This document shows positions 48,401 through 57,777 of a DNA stretch of 64,000 nt, one piece after another (position 1 is the stretch's first letter; each line of letters opens with the position of its first letter). The DNA comes from Nitrososphaeria archaeon (GTDB lineage: Archaea; Thermoproteota; Nitrososphaeria; JACIWG01): contig CAVXDT010000010.1 of NCBI GenBank assembly GCA_963760525.1, forward strand, positions 8,098-72,097, given 5' to 3'. Made by a program: the position numbers and the translations under genes. The notes beneath the pieces are model-generated. The model saw nothing but the letters and a program-made list of their open reading frames with translations, did no database searches and was not told the DNA's origin.

Positions 48401-49321
48401 GTGAGTCAAATGATTGAGTCCAAGAATATTTCTGAAATCATGAGAAGTGCATTTGAAAAGAAGATGCTAATTCCAGCTTTTAACGCAGCCTATGTCCCAA
48501 TGGTCAAACCAATAATCGATACTCTGGTAGAATGTAAGACATTTGGTCTTGTTGAAGTTGCCCGACTCGAAGTTGAAAAATTCGGAGCGGGAAGTTTTGA
48601 AACCATAGCAAAAGAGTATAGAGCTCACTGCAATCCCAAATTCACAAGACTTCATTTAGATCATATCCCTGTAATAGATGAGGATGGAGTTCGGGTTGAT
48701 TGGAAAAGTCTGATACAAAGAGGTTTAGATGCAGGTTATGATTCAGTCATGATAGATGGTTCACGTCTTCCTTTTGAAGAAAATGCCAGTGTTACCAAGG
48801 AAGTCGCTACTATGGCGCACCTAAGAGACAGACCGGCTGAAGCTGAATTGGGAGCTGTTTTAGGTCATGAAAAGGAAATCCCCATGTCATATGATGAGAT
48901 ATACGAGAAAGGGGTAGGTTTCACCAATCTAGAACAAGCTTCCCTTTTTGTTAAGAAAACAGGCGTTGACTGGCTTTCAGTTGCCATAGGCAATATTCAT
49001 GGGGCAGTGAGTGGTGCTGCAAAAGATAAGGACAAAGTTCATGCGCGTTTGAACATTGCTCATCTTCACAAGCTCAGTGAAAGAACTAATATTCCGTTGG
49101 TGTTGCATGGAGGTTCAGGTATCCAAATAGAGTATGTTCTATCTGCGATAAAAAATGGCATAACAAAGATCAATATTGGCACTGATATTAGAAAGGTCTA
49201 TGAGAAATCAATAAACTCACAGCCTGGAGACATTGAACTAGCACGAAAACAAGTATCTTTGAAGATGAAGGAATTGATTTGCGACGTTTACCATATTGAA
49301 GGTTCAGCTTCCAAACTCTAG
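48401..49321 (+). CDS. class II ketose-bisphosphate aldolase family protein (fructose/tagatose-bisphosphate aldolase-like)
   Basis: 306 aa with IPAFNAAY, LHLDH and LVLHGGSG motifs of PF01116-type aldolases. Confidence 0.8.
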   Translation: MSQMIESKNISEIMRSAFEKKMLIPAFNAAYVPMVKPIIDTLVECKTFGLVEVARLEVEKFGAGSFETIAKEYRAHCNPKFTRLHLDHIPVIDEDGVRVDWKSLIQRGLDAGYDSVMIDGSRLPFEENASVTKEVATMAHLRDRPAEAELGAVLGHEKEIPMSYDEIYEKGVGFTNLEQASLFVKKTGVDWLSVAIGNIHGAVSGAAKDKDKVHARLNIAHLHKLSERTNIPLVLHGGSGIQIEYVLSAIKNGITKINIGTDIRKVYEKSINSQPGDIELARKQVSLKMKELICDVYHIEGSASKL

Positions 49322-49744
49322 CGAGAAGATATTTCATACATTCCCACATAAGAAAACGATAGCAGAATAGGTGCGCCTTTACAAAACTGGCCTGATAATT
49401 ATTAGAAGAAGGCCAAAGCCTTAGGTCAAGCCCAGTTGAACATATATGTCGGTTGGCACAAAAACTGAGCTTAGCAAATATCTGATCGGTTTCGGCCAAC
49501 CCGTGCCATTCTTTTTTAATTTATAAATATTATACTGTTATAGAAGGAAGTTAATTGATTTCCATCCCTCTTTGCTAGTCAGAGTCTTGAGTCATATGTT
49601 TTCGTGTGTAAAAACTGCTAACATAAGCCTATGTACAGGAAACAACCTAAATACAGGAATGAAAACATAAGCAACGATGATGATTTAATGAAAGAGGAAG
49701 AAAAAGGTCCTTCATGGTAGGAACAGTTTAAGGTGAACTTATGA

Positions 49745-50242
49745 ATGCGCTTCAACCTCAACTCTATAGTAGACTGGTTCAGGTCACTAACGATGCCAGA
49801 CAACGTAAGAAAAGGCTACGACTACGTTGTAGCACACACCAAAATAGTCTTGCACGTTGAACCATCAGGGGCAATCGTAGAAAGAAATCTTAGGGATACA
49901 CCTTGGAGCGAAGAAAAATACTATGGACTAGGCAAATTCGGATGGTACAGTGACAAGATAGACTGCTCAGACTATGAGGGAACAGATTATGTTGGGGCAA
50001 AATCGGAAATCCACTGGCCTATGTTCTACTGCCCAACCAACATTCACAGCACACAAAACGGCTGGCTGCAGACAACCCCAATAATAATAGTTGATGCCAA
50101 CTTTCATGGAGAATACAGGAAAGATGTGGTAGTGGATGGTAACCTTATTCACAGCTATCACCCAACAGCTGACGATTGGAGTGGTTCTTCTGCGTGGATT
50201 CACTATAACCTAATAACTGGAGAATGTGTTGATTTAGGATGA
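49745..50242 (+). CDS. hypothetical protein (Trp/Tyr/His-rich)
   Basis: 165-aa ORF with no motif recognised and an uncertain start. Confidence 0.35.
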   Translation: MRFNLNSIVDWFRSLTMPDNVRKGYDYVVAHTKIVLHVEPSGAIVERNLRDTPWSEEKYYGLGKFGWYSDKIDCSDYEGTDYVGAKSEIHWPMFYCPTNIHSTQNGWLQTTPIIIVDANFHGEYRKDVVVDGNLIHSYHPTADDWSGSSAWIHYNLITGECVDLG

Positions 50243-50360
50243 AAAAAGTTTCCTAAGAATTCTTTGGAATGGTCTAGAGGAAAGACACTAAATTGACTTC
50301 TACAATACAATATTCAAGCCTTAGGAATTCGGACTATTGTAAAAAGAGAGTTCAATAAGT

Positions 50361-51797
50361 TTAGGCTAGTAGCTCATTGAATAATGGTTTGACGCTAACA
50401 TACAGTTTTCGGTATACATTGTACAATTTCGTATAATTCTTATGAGCCTCCATGTCTGGTTCAATCACTTTGCCGAGCTTAACAAGCCTCTCACACGTTT
50501 CAACAGGATCCCTGTACAAGCCAACACCGAGACCAGCGAGCACAGCATCCCCCAAAGGCTCAGCATCCGACAACACGGGTCGAATCGGAATCCCCAGAAC
50601 ATCGGATTTAATCTGAAGCCACAACCTACTCTTCGAACCACCACCCATCGACCTCATCTCACCAAATGTCACACCACACTCCTGAGCAGTGTCTATTATG
50701 TGCCTAAACCCGAACACGACAGACTCCATAAGAGCCCTAGCAATATGAGCCTTCGTGTGTGCGTAAGACAAGCCGAACATCACACCACGTGCGTTCGAAT
50801 CCCAAATCGGCGACCTTTCACCATTAAAATATGGAAGAATAACCAGATTGTCAGAGCCAGCGGGAACCTTTGAAGCCTCCAGATCCATTATTTCAAAAGG
50901 AGAAAGCCCGGTCCTGGCAGCAGCCTCCGACTCCTCACCGCCCAACTCATCCCTAAACCATTTATACAACCCACCACCACTAGACATCCCACCAGCTACC
51001 TCCCACGTTCCAGGAACCACGCCAGGTGAGTGCCATAAACCCCTGCTAGTAGCTTCTGGGTGTTCTTTATCAGTCACCATCATTACAACTGCGCTCTGAC
51101 CTGTGAATTCTCCAGTTCTACCAGCCTTGACAAGTCCGCTTCCGTAGTTGGCTACTATTCCGTCAGCAGAACCTGCTACCACAGGGGTTCCTGTTGCTAA
51201 ACCGGTTTCCTTTGCTGCTTCAGCTGTCACTTCACCTACCACCTGTGACATTTGGTAGATATCAGGAAACTTGTCCATTAAATCGCCAAGACTTTCAGCT
51301 ACTTCCTTGTTGTTCCACCATACTTGTGGCATGTCAGCTGAATATTGGCCTGTTAGCTTGTGAATAAGAAAACCGTTTGCGAACAATACCTTGTGTGTCT
51401 TTTTCGTGATGTCGGGCTGGTTATCCCTTATCCAAAGGAGTTTAGGGAATGCGTTATGCGGACCACCTCTTGTATCCATCCAGATTATTGCAGGCCGAAG
51501 AGGCTTCCCATTTTTGTCAACTGAAACAACTGTTGGCCCTAATGAGTCTACACCGATTCCTGCAATAAGATCAGACGGTATACCAGAAGTTGCCAAGACC
51601 TTGCTTACTGTCTTCTTTAATGCGTCCCACCATTGTTCAGGTGGATGTTCCGCCCATCCAGGCTTCGGATGAAAAGTCGGATATTCTTGGCCTGCAAGAG
51701 CCAAAAGCTGCCCATCTACATCGTAGAGACCAGTTTTCAAAGATGTCGTGCCAGCGTCAATACCAAGAAGATAGGTTCTTTTTCTTAAATTCGACAT
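50361..51797 (-). CDS. FGGY-family carbohydrate kinase (xylulokinase/glycerol-kinase-like)
   Basis: 478 aa with LLGIDAGTTSLKTGLYD and a C-terminal GGGSKSRLWLQI. Confidence 0.85.
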   Translation of the reverse strand: MSNLRKRTYLLGIDAGTTSLKTGLYDVDGQLLALAGQEYPTFHPKPGWAEHPPEQWWDALKKTVSKVLATSGIPSDLIAGIGVDSLGPTVVSVDKNGKPLRPAIIWMDTRGGPHNAFPKLLWIRDNQPDITKKTHKVLFANGFLIHKLTGQYSADMPQVWWNNKEVAESLGDLMDKFPDIYQMSQVVGEVTAEAAKETGLATGTPVVAGSADGIVANYGSGLVKAGRTGEFTGQSAVVMMVTDKEHPEATSRGLWHSPGVVPGTWEVAGGMSSGGGLYKWFRDELGGEESEAAARTGLSPFEIMDLEASKVPAGSDNLVILPYFNGERSPIWDSNARGVMFGLSYAHTKAHIARALMESVVFGFRHIIDTAQECGVTFGEMRSMGGGSKSRLWLQIKSDVLGIPIRPVLSDAEPLGDAVLAGLGVGLYRDPVETCERLVKLGKVIEPDMEAHKNYTKLYNVYRKLYVSVKPLFNELLA

Positions 51798-52610
51798 GCG
51801 AAAATCATCTCACCAAATATACACATTGACAATAACGTAGGGTGTATAGATATTTAACTTTTGACTGATTATCATAATAGTCTCGCGGTTGACTCAAGCA
51901 AATCACAACAAGAAAAAATCGACTGAAAAGCTGATTTTTTTCAAAAGGGATGTGCATAGAGTTGATTGTCTTATGTTTATTATCAGGACATCACACTACC
52001 TTGGATTAGAGTTTATCTAGGAGAAAGCGAAACTTGATGAAATTTAGTAAGATTAATTCGCATAAGAACCGATTGATTGCAATTTCGGCAATACTAATAA
52101 CTATCGCCATAGCATCGTTTGTCTACCTTAGTGGCTAAATAACTAAGATAGTGTGACAATTATTACATGATCGCCAGGACATCAAATCAGGCTCTTACAT
52201 ACTTTGATTGCGTTTTCTCAAAAATACGAGATTATAGTTTCTTGTGACAGCTTTTTCTCTAAATATTTGCCTTTGCCAAGGCGAATAAGAAAATGTCGTT
52301 TGAACAAACCGACTGAATAGAGGGATTGTTCAGGCTAAAGCAAAAAAACCGGAACCCAGAGACTGAACTAGAAAGATATTCATAATCTCCACATGCAATT
52401 TGAAATGAAGGCATTCTTTGTTTTTTGTGTATTTAGGTTTGGCAGATTGGAACATGGTGGGACTCATAGAAAGGTAAACTTTAAAAAGGGTCGTTTGGTT
52501 GGTACTCTCAGGTGCCTGTTCTCCGAAAGAAGAACAAGCACTAAAATATATCGAAAAATGGAGGTGAAATAGGATTGGGATATAACAGCTACAGGGGAAG
52601 GCCGAGAGAA

Positions 52611-52724
52611 ATGCACAAAATAACATGTTCTGACTGCGGAAAAGAAGCAGAAGTACCATTCGCGCCGACCGAAGGCAAACCTGTATATTGCAGAGATTGT
52701 TATCAGAAACATCGAACATATTAG
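52611..52724 (+). CDS. CxxC-x17-CxxC zinc-ribbon mini-protein
   Basis: 37 aa: MHKITCSDCGKEAEVPFAPTEGKPVYCRDCYQKHRTY. There are exactly 17 residues between the two CxxC pairs, a widespread small-protein family. It is not in the ORF track because it is under 60 aa. Confidence 0.7.
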   Translation: MHKITCSDCGKEAEVPFAPTEGKPVYCRDCYQKHRTY

Positions 52725-52952
52725 ATCGTTTATTTTAAGTCTGATTCAGGCTTAGATCTTATCCTTTTTATTTTTTTATTTTTTCATGGGAGGTGAGTAA
52801 CAGATTGATTACGGCATCTAGCCTTCTGGTTATCAAGCTTAGTTCCTCAAATACTTCGTTCATCTTTAACGCCTTTGAGAAATTCGCCTTCTTTTAATTC
52901 TATTCCAATCCACCAGTCCATGACTTGGATAGGCGCCATACATTCATAAGCG

Positions 52953-53064
52953 CGCCGGGGGTGGGATTTGAACCCACGACACCCACGAGGAGTGACAGGC
53001 TTACTCGCTGCAACTTTTGCGTTTGTCTCAAGGCCTGCGCATTAGTCCACTCTGCCACCCCGGC
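52953..53064 (-). tRNA. tRNA-Ser(UGA) with ~25-nt intron after position 37/38; no encoded CCA
   Basis: Manual fold. Acceptor GCCGGGG/CCCCGGC; anticodon stem CAGGC/GCCTG; loop CUUGAGA (anticodon at 53030-53028); long variable arm; T arm GTGGG-TTCAAAT-CCCAC; discriminator G. Confidence 0.85.
53002..53026 (-). other. tRNA-Ser intron
   Basis: ACAAACGCAAAAGTTGCAGCGAGTA interrupts the anticodon arm. The boundary is ambiguous by 1 nt because of flanking A residues. It contains an internal GCAA-AAG-TTGC hairpin. Confidence 0.7.
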
Positions 53065-53091
53065 TTTGACCTTTTGTCAGAATGCTCTAAG

Positions 53092-53107
53092 TATTTAAGT
53101 ATAAATA
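53092..53107. promoter_or_regulatory. near-palindromic TATA-like element shared by divergent tRNA-Ser and archease genes
   Basis: tatttaagtataaata lies in the 67-bp spacer. TATAAATA ends 24 nt before the archease ATG, which fits a leaderless mRNA. The reverse complement lies ~30-40 nt upstream of the tRNA 5' end. Confidence 0.4.
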
Positions 53108-53131
53108 TCGTTTCCACTTCATCTGCACAGT

Positions 53132-53560
53132 ATGCATCCGTTCTACAAAATCCTTGAGCATGTCTCTGATGCCTACATAGAGGTCAGTGGGAAAAGTCTT
53201 GAGGAATGTTTCAGTAAAGCGGGTCTTGCTCTTGTAGATCTCATGGTTGATTTAGGGACGATTTCAGAAACTGCAGACTTCGCCTTTAAAACTGAAGGTA
53301 AGGATTTGTTTTCACTTCTCTATAACTTTATGGAAGTCATTTTGATCAAGGTGACTTCTGAAGAATTCCTACCTCGTTCATTAAAGATTGAAATAAGAAA
53401 GGTGAAGGACGACTATAGGCTTAGATGTACTGGCTCAGGCGAAAACTTATCTCTCAGGAAACACAAGACCAAGTTAGAAGTTAAAGCCATGACTTACCAC
53501 CTCATGGAGATAAAGGAAGCTCCTGGGCATTTTGTTGTAAGGTTTCTGCTCGACTTATGA
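53132..53560 (+). CDS. archease (RtcB tRNA-ligase cofactor)
   Basis: 142 aa. FYKILEHVSDAYIEVSGKSLEECFSKAGLAL and the C-terminal KAMTYHLMEI fit the archease family. Confidence 0.85.
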   Translation: MHPFYKILEHVSDAYIEVSGKSLEECFSKAGLALVDLMVDLGTISETADFAFKTEGKDLFSLLYNFMEVILIKVTSEEFLPRSLKIEIRKVKDDYRLRCTGSGENLSLRKHKTKLEVKAMTYHLMEIKEAPGHFVVRFLLDL

Positions 53561-53612
53561 GACATAATTAAGAAGTCCTTGGAACCAAGACTGATACAAG
53601 ACCAGGAATCTT

Positions 53613-53960
53613 CTATTTAATGTATTCTTTGAGCATGTTTTCGAGATTCCTTTCACCCACTGCGCCTACAAGACAGTCCAAGATAGCGCCTTTTTGGAAG
53701 AGCATCAAAGTTGGCACAGTAGCTATTGAATATTTGGAAGATATCTCGGAAAATTTCTCAGCGTCAATCTTTCCTACCAGAAGTTTACCATTATATTTCA
53801 AAGCAATCTTCTCCACAACTGTAGCCATGAACTTGCATGGGACACACCATTTGGTCCAGAAATACACCAATACAAAGTCATTGCTTTCAACATGCTTCTT
53901 GAAGTTCGAATTGTCAAACATTAGTACAGCATCCAAGACTGTGTCAGACCCAGAACGCAT
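53613..53960 (-). CDS. trxA: thioredoxin
   Basis: WCVPCK active site and thioredoxin-fold length. The start may be the internal Met at 53921. Confidence 0.85.
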   Translation of the reverse strand: MRSGSDTVLDAVLMFDNSNFKKHVESNDFVLVYFWTKWCVPCKFMATVVEKIALKYNGKLLVGKIDAEKFSEISSKYSIATVPTLMLFQKGAILDCLVGAVGERNLENMLKEYIK

Positions 53961-54058
53961 ACAACAGAAACTTATTTAACAGTTGTTAGGATATAATCTC
54001 ATTATTGGCAAAATCACAAATCCTTAGGTGTGCATTAGCTGAGAGATTGTTTTCTTGA

Positions 54059-55423
54059 TCAGAGTCTCCTAATGTATCTGTCAATTTCCCAACTTGTCAC
54101 TTGCGTTCTATAGAAGTCCCATTCTTTTCTCTTTTCGCGGAGGTAGTTTTCGAAGACTGTTTCACCAAGCGCTTTCTTCATGAATTCGCTTTCTTCTATT
54201 TTATCCAATGCTTCTTTCAATGACTCAGGCAAAGAGACGATACCTTTTGACCTCCTTTCTTCATAGCTCATTTTGTACACGTTGAGTTCGGTTGGTTCAC
54301 CTGGCTCAATCTTTTTCTCTATTCCATCCAGTCCAGCCAAGCAGAGTACAGCGAATTGCAAGTATGGATTGCCAGCGGGATCAGGACATCTGATTTCACA
54401 TCTTGCTGCATTCTTCTTTCCTCCGAAATTTGGAACTCTGATCAGAGGCGATCTGTTCTTAAACGCCCACGCAATGTAGACTGGAGCTTCATACCCTGGA
54501 ACAAGTCTCTTATAGGAGTTTGGCCATGACGCTAAAACACCACACATTTCTTGACCATGTCCCAATTGTCCTCCTATAAAGTAGCGTGCTATATCTGAAA
54601 GGTATCCTGTTGATTCATCTTCAGAGTAGAATAGGTTGCTGGTTCTGTCAGTGTTCCAAATGCTCTGGTGTACGTGCATCCCCGAACCATTAATGCCAAA
54701 GAAAGGTTTTGGCATATATGTCGCCAGATACCCGTTCATAGCAGCAGTCACTTTCGCCACCATTCTCATCGTAACTGCTCTGTCTGCAGTAACAAGTGCT
54801 TCATCAAACTTGAAGTCTATCTCATTCTGTCCTAAAGCTACCTCATGATGGGAAAGCTCTATTTCAATACCGAAATACTCTGCTAGGTCAGCAATCTCTC
54901 TCCTGATGCTATCAGTAACATCTCCAGGATGGTAGTCGAAGTAACCTGCCAAGTCGATTGGTGTAGGGGCCTTCCCTTCACTATTTTCTTTTAAGAGAAA
55001 GAATTCAAGTTCAGGTGCACAGACGTAGGTCATATCTTTTGCTCTACACTTTGCAATAGCTTTTTCCAAGACATATCTTGGGTCTCCTTCGAAACGTTTG
55101 TTGTTAGGCATGTAGACATCGCAGATGAGTCTACAAGAAGCTTTCTCTGTTGACCTCCAAGGAATGACAGCGAATGTGGAAGGATCAGGATAAAGCACCA
55201 TGTCTGATTCTTCGATTGGTCTGAAGCCCGTAATAGATGAGCCATCAAACGACTGCCCGTTCTCAAATATGTTCTCGATATTCTTGGAAGTCACCGCTAA
55301 ACTCTTGATAAACCCATTTATGTCTACGAACTGAAGTCTGATAAACTTCATTTCCTTTTCTTGAATGTGCTTGACTACCTTTGTAACATTCTCTTTCCAT
55401 ATAGCATCTTTGAAGTTTCTCAT
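54059..55423 (-). CDS. glnA: glutamine synthetase, type I
   Basis: 454 aa with FIRLQFVDINGF, FDGSSI, GSGMHVHQS and NRSPLIRVP motifs. Confidence 0.95.
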   Translation of the reverse strand: MRNFKDAIWKENVTKVVKHIQEKEMKFIRLQFVDINGFIKSLAVTSKNIENIFENGQSFDGSSITGFRPIEESDMVLYPDPSTFAVIPWRSTEKASCRLICDVYMPNNKRFEGDPRYVLEKAIAKCRAKDMTYVCAPELEFFLLKENSEGKAPTPIDLAGYFDYHPGDVTDSIRREIADLAEYFGIEIELSHHEVALGQNEIDFKFDEALVTADRAVTMRMVAKVTAAMNGYLATYMPKPFFGINGSGMHVHQSIWNTDRTSNLFYSEDESTGYLSDIARYFIGGQLGHGQEMCGVLASWPNSYKRLVPGYEAPVYIAWAFKNRSPLIRVPNFGGKKNAARCEIRCPDPAGNPYLQFAVLCLAGLDGIEKKIEPGEPTELNVYKMSYEERRSKGIVSLPESLKEALDKIEESEFMKKALGETVFENYLREKRKEWDFYRTQVTSWEIDRYIRRL

Positions 55424-55637
55424 CTACGATACAACCAACTATTAGCCCTGAATTCACATTAATAAAGTAATCTGAATTCACACTAATAGCTCTGAATTCA
55501 CATTAATCGTTTTTCTAGCATTTTGCCCATATTACTCCTTCTATTATTCCTACCTGCTCAATAATCGAAAAATGAATAAAACTCTGACGGAAAGTGTGAT
55601 ATTATTATTCAATTACGAGAAAAAAAATACCTTGGAT

Positions 55638-56678
55638 TTAGTATTGTCCTGAAGGAATTTTCTTAGGTTTTCCTATGATTGGTATTTTTAACCCGCAATT
55701 TGGGCACTCGTTATTTTCTGTTAGATTTATTTTAATAACTCCTAAACTGTACCTTCCAATTAGAAGATCATGGCATCGTGGGCAATGCGTGTCTTCAAGC
55801 CCTTCAACATAAACGTTCTCCACATATACGTATTCAAGCCCTTTTTCATAAGCTAGGTTTGCAGCACCCATAAGCGTATCAGCTGGAGTAGGAGGTCTAT
55901 CTATCATCTTGTATGCGGGATAGAATCTTGTGAAGTGCACAGGAACATTCGATTTAAGCTCGCGGATAACCCAATCTAGAAAGCGTCCTATCTCATCCAT
56001 TGAATCGTTGAGTAGCGGTATGATAGGATATGTTGTTTCTGTATGAATGTTTCGTTCAAATATGTACTTCGTAGCGTCCAAGACTGGCGATAACTCACCT
56101 AGGCAGTACGTTCTGTAGAATTCTTCAGAGAAACTCTTGATATCAACACATACTGCATCAATGTCCTTAGCAAGACCTTTAAGTGCTTCTATTGTAACAT
56201 ACCCATTTGTTACTAACACATTACTTATTCCGGCTTCTTTGGTTAGTCTGGATGTATCTTTGATAAACTCGTACCATATTACCGGTTCATTATACGTGTA
56301 AGATATTGAAGGAGCGCCATATTTCTTTGCCATGTTTACAACTTCCTCAGGTTGTGTCTCAAAAGTAACAAGGCTTCCTACATTAGCTTGTGAAATACTG
56401 TAATTTTGGCACCAAGCACAAACAAAAGAACAACCAATTGCTGATATAGAAAGCGTCTGTGTTCCAGGATGGAAATGGAAAAGAGACTTCTTTTCAATTG
56501 GATCAATCACTTGGTTGGAGAACTCACCATAAATCAAAGTGTACAAGACACCGTCCCTATTCTCTCTAACTCTACAGAAACCTGTTCTTCCAGGCTTGAC
56601 CATACAAAGCCTTGGACAAAGACAACACCTGACATTCCCATCTTCTAGTCTCTCATAACATTCCGCTTCCCTTATCAT
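55638..56678 (-). CDS. AmmeMemoRadiSam-system-type radical SAM enzyme (PflA-like)
   Basis: 346 aa. VRCCLCPRLCMVKPGRTGFCRVR, DPIEKKSLFHFHPG and GCSFVCAWCQNYSISQ are present, with a C-terminal zinc ribbon HCPRCH...CPNCG. Confidence 0.8.
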   Translation of the reverse strand: MIREAECYERLEDGNVRCCLCPRLCMVKPGRTGFCRVRENRDGVLYTLIYGEFSNQVIDPIEKKSLFHFHPGTQTLSISAIGCSFVCAWCQNYSISQANVGSLVTFETQPEEVVNMAKKYGAPSISYTYNEPVIWYEFIKDTSRLTKEAGISNVLVTNGYVTIEALKGLAKDIDAVCVDIKSFSEEFYRTYCLGELSPVLDATKYIFERNIHTETTYPIIPLLNDSMDEIGRFLDWVIRELKSNVPVHFTRFYPAYKMIDRPPTPADTLMGAANLAYEKGLEYVYVENVYVEGLEDTHCPRCHDLLIGRYSLGVIKINLTENNECPNCGLKIPIIGKPKKIPSGQY

Positions 56679-56874
56679 ACTGAAAGAATGAATTATCGCG
56701 CTACCTTATATGAATATCTTTAGGCATATTCGTCGTTAGCCAAAGCCCATACTATTCGCACGTGAACTGTTGAGGTTTTGGGAACGCCCTTCATATCGGA
56801 AGACTGGTACAGAAGACTTGAATAAAGTCCGACTGATATTTGTTTCCCTACGGTTAAAATAGTAGCTCCTGATA

Positions 56875-57777
56875 GTGATTTTCGTGAGCAATCAAGAATT
56901 TCTAGCACTTCCAGGACCATCTTCAGTATTGTTTGCAAGATTAGTAGTGAAACAGCTGAACTGCGAAATGGTAGACATGGAATTCAAAGAATTTGCTGAT
57001 GGCGAAAACTATTTTCGCCTTATATCGGATGTTGCTGGAAAGAGAGTCCTAGTTATTCAGTCCCTTTATCCACCAGTTGACCATCATCTCATGCAACTAA
57101 TCTTCATTTCGAAGAAGCTCTCAGAAGAAGGAGCTTTTGTCTATGCAATATGCCCATATCTAGGATACTCTAGACAGCACAGGGAATACTTGACAGGAGA
57201 AGTAATGAGCTTGAGGACTGTAGGTCAACTTTTGACATTCGCAGGTGTAAAACACATGATAACCCTTGACATACATAATGCTGAAGGTTTGGGTCTGATT
57301 AAGTTCCCCACTTTTAGTCCATCAGCCATTCCAACTTTGGCGGAATATGTCAAGAATTGCAAAGATGTTTCAAACTCTATAGTAGTTTCTCCTGACTTGG
57401 GAAGCTCAGCTAGAGCAGAAGCTTTTGCTGAACTTGTAGGAAGGCCATATCTCGTTTTTGAGAAGGAAAGAGATAGATTCACTGGTGAGGTCAAGACGAA
57501 GTCTAGATCTTCGAGTCTAAGTGGTTCCAAAGCATACATTGTGGATGATATGATATCCACTGGAGGCACAATTGTGAAGGCTGCCAAAGTCTTATCCAGT
57601 CTCGGCGTAAAGGAAATGACGGCTGTTTGCGTTCATGCGATAATGGTTGCTGATGCCGGAAATAGAATTAAAGCTGCAGGGGTATCGAGTATTATTGCTT
57701 CAAATACCATCCCAACAGAATTCAGTGAAGTTGATGTCTCTAAAGTTGTAGCTGACTACATTAATCTCCTTGGATGA
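56875..57777 (+). CDS. prs: ribose-phosphate pyrophosphokinase
   Basis: 300 aa with a GTG start. FADGE and the PRPP-binding loop YIVDDMISTGGT are present. Confidence 0.9.
   Translation: MIFVSNQEFLALPGPSSVLFARLVVKQLNCEMVDMEFKEFADGENYFRLISDVAGKRVLVIQSLYPPVDHHLMQLIFISKKLSEEGAFVYAICPYLGYSRQHREYLTGEVMSLRTVGQLLTFAGVKHMITLDIHNAEGLGLIKFPTFSPSAIPTLAEYVKNCKDVSNSIVVSPDLGSSARAEAFAELVGRPYLVFEKERDRFTGEVKTKSRSSSLSGSKAYIVDDMISTGGTIVKAAKVLSSLGVKEMTAVCVHAIMVADAGNRIKAAGVSSIIASNTIPTEFSEVDVSKVVADYINLLG

Noticed and set aside
49450-49517. Long-range stem (CGGTTGGC ... GCCAACCCG) followed by a T6 run downstream of the aldolase gene, considered as an ncRNA or terminator
   Set aside because: It is a single 8-bp stem with a bulge enclosing a 37-nt unstructured loop. 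No conserved boxes are present. It is probably just a 3' UTR or terminator region and cannot be supported further without expression data.
52330-52719. 129-aa and 82-aa minus-strand ORFs
   Set aside because: The translations are low-complexity and Phe/Cys/Leu-rich. They overlap the strongly patterned CxxC-x17-CxxC zinc-ribbon gene on the plus strand, which I prefer.
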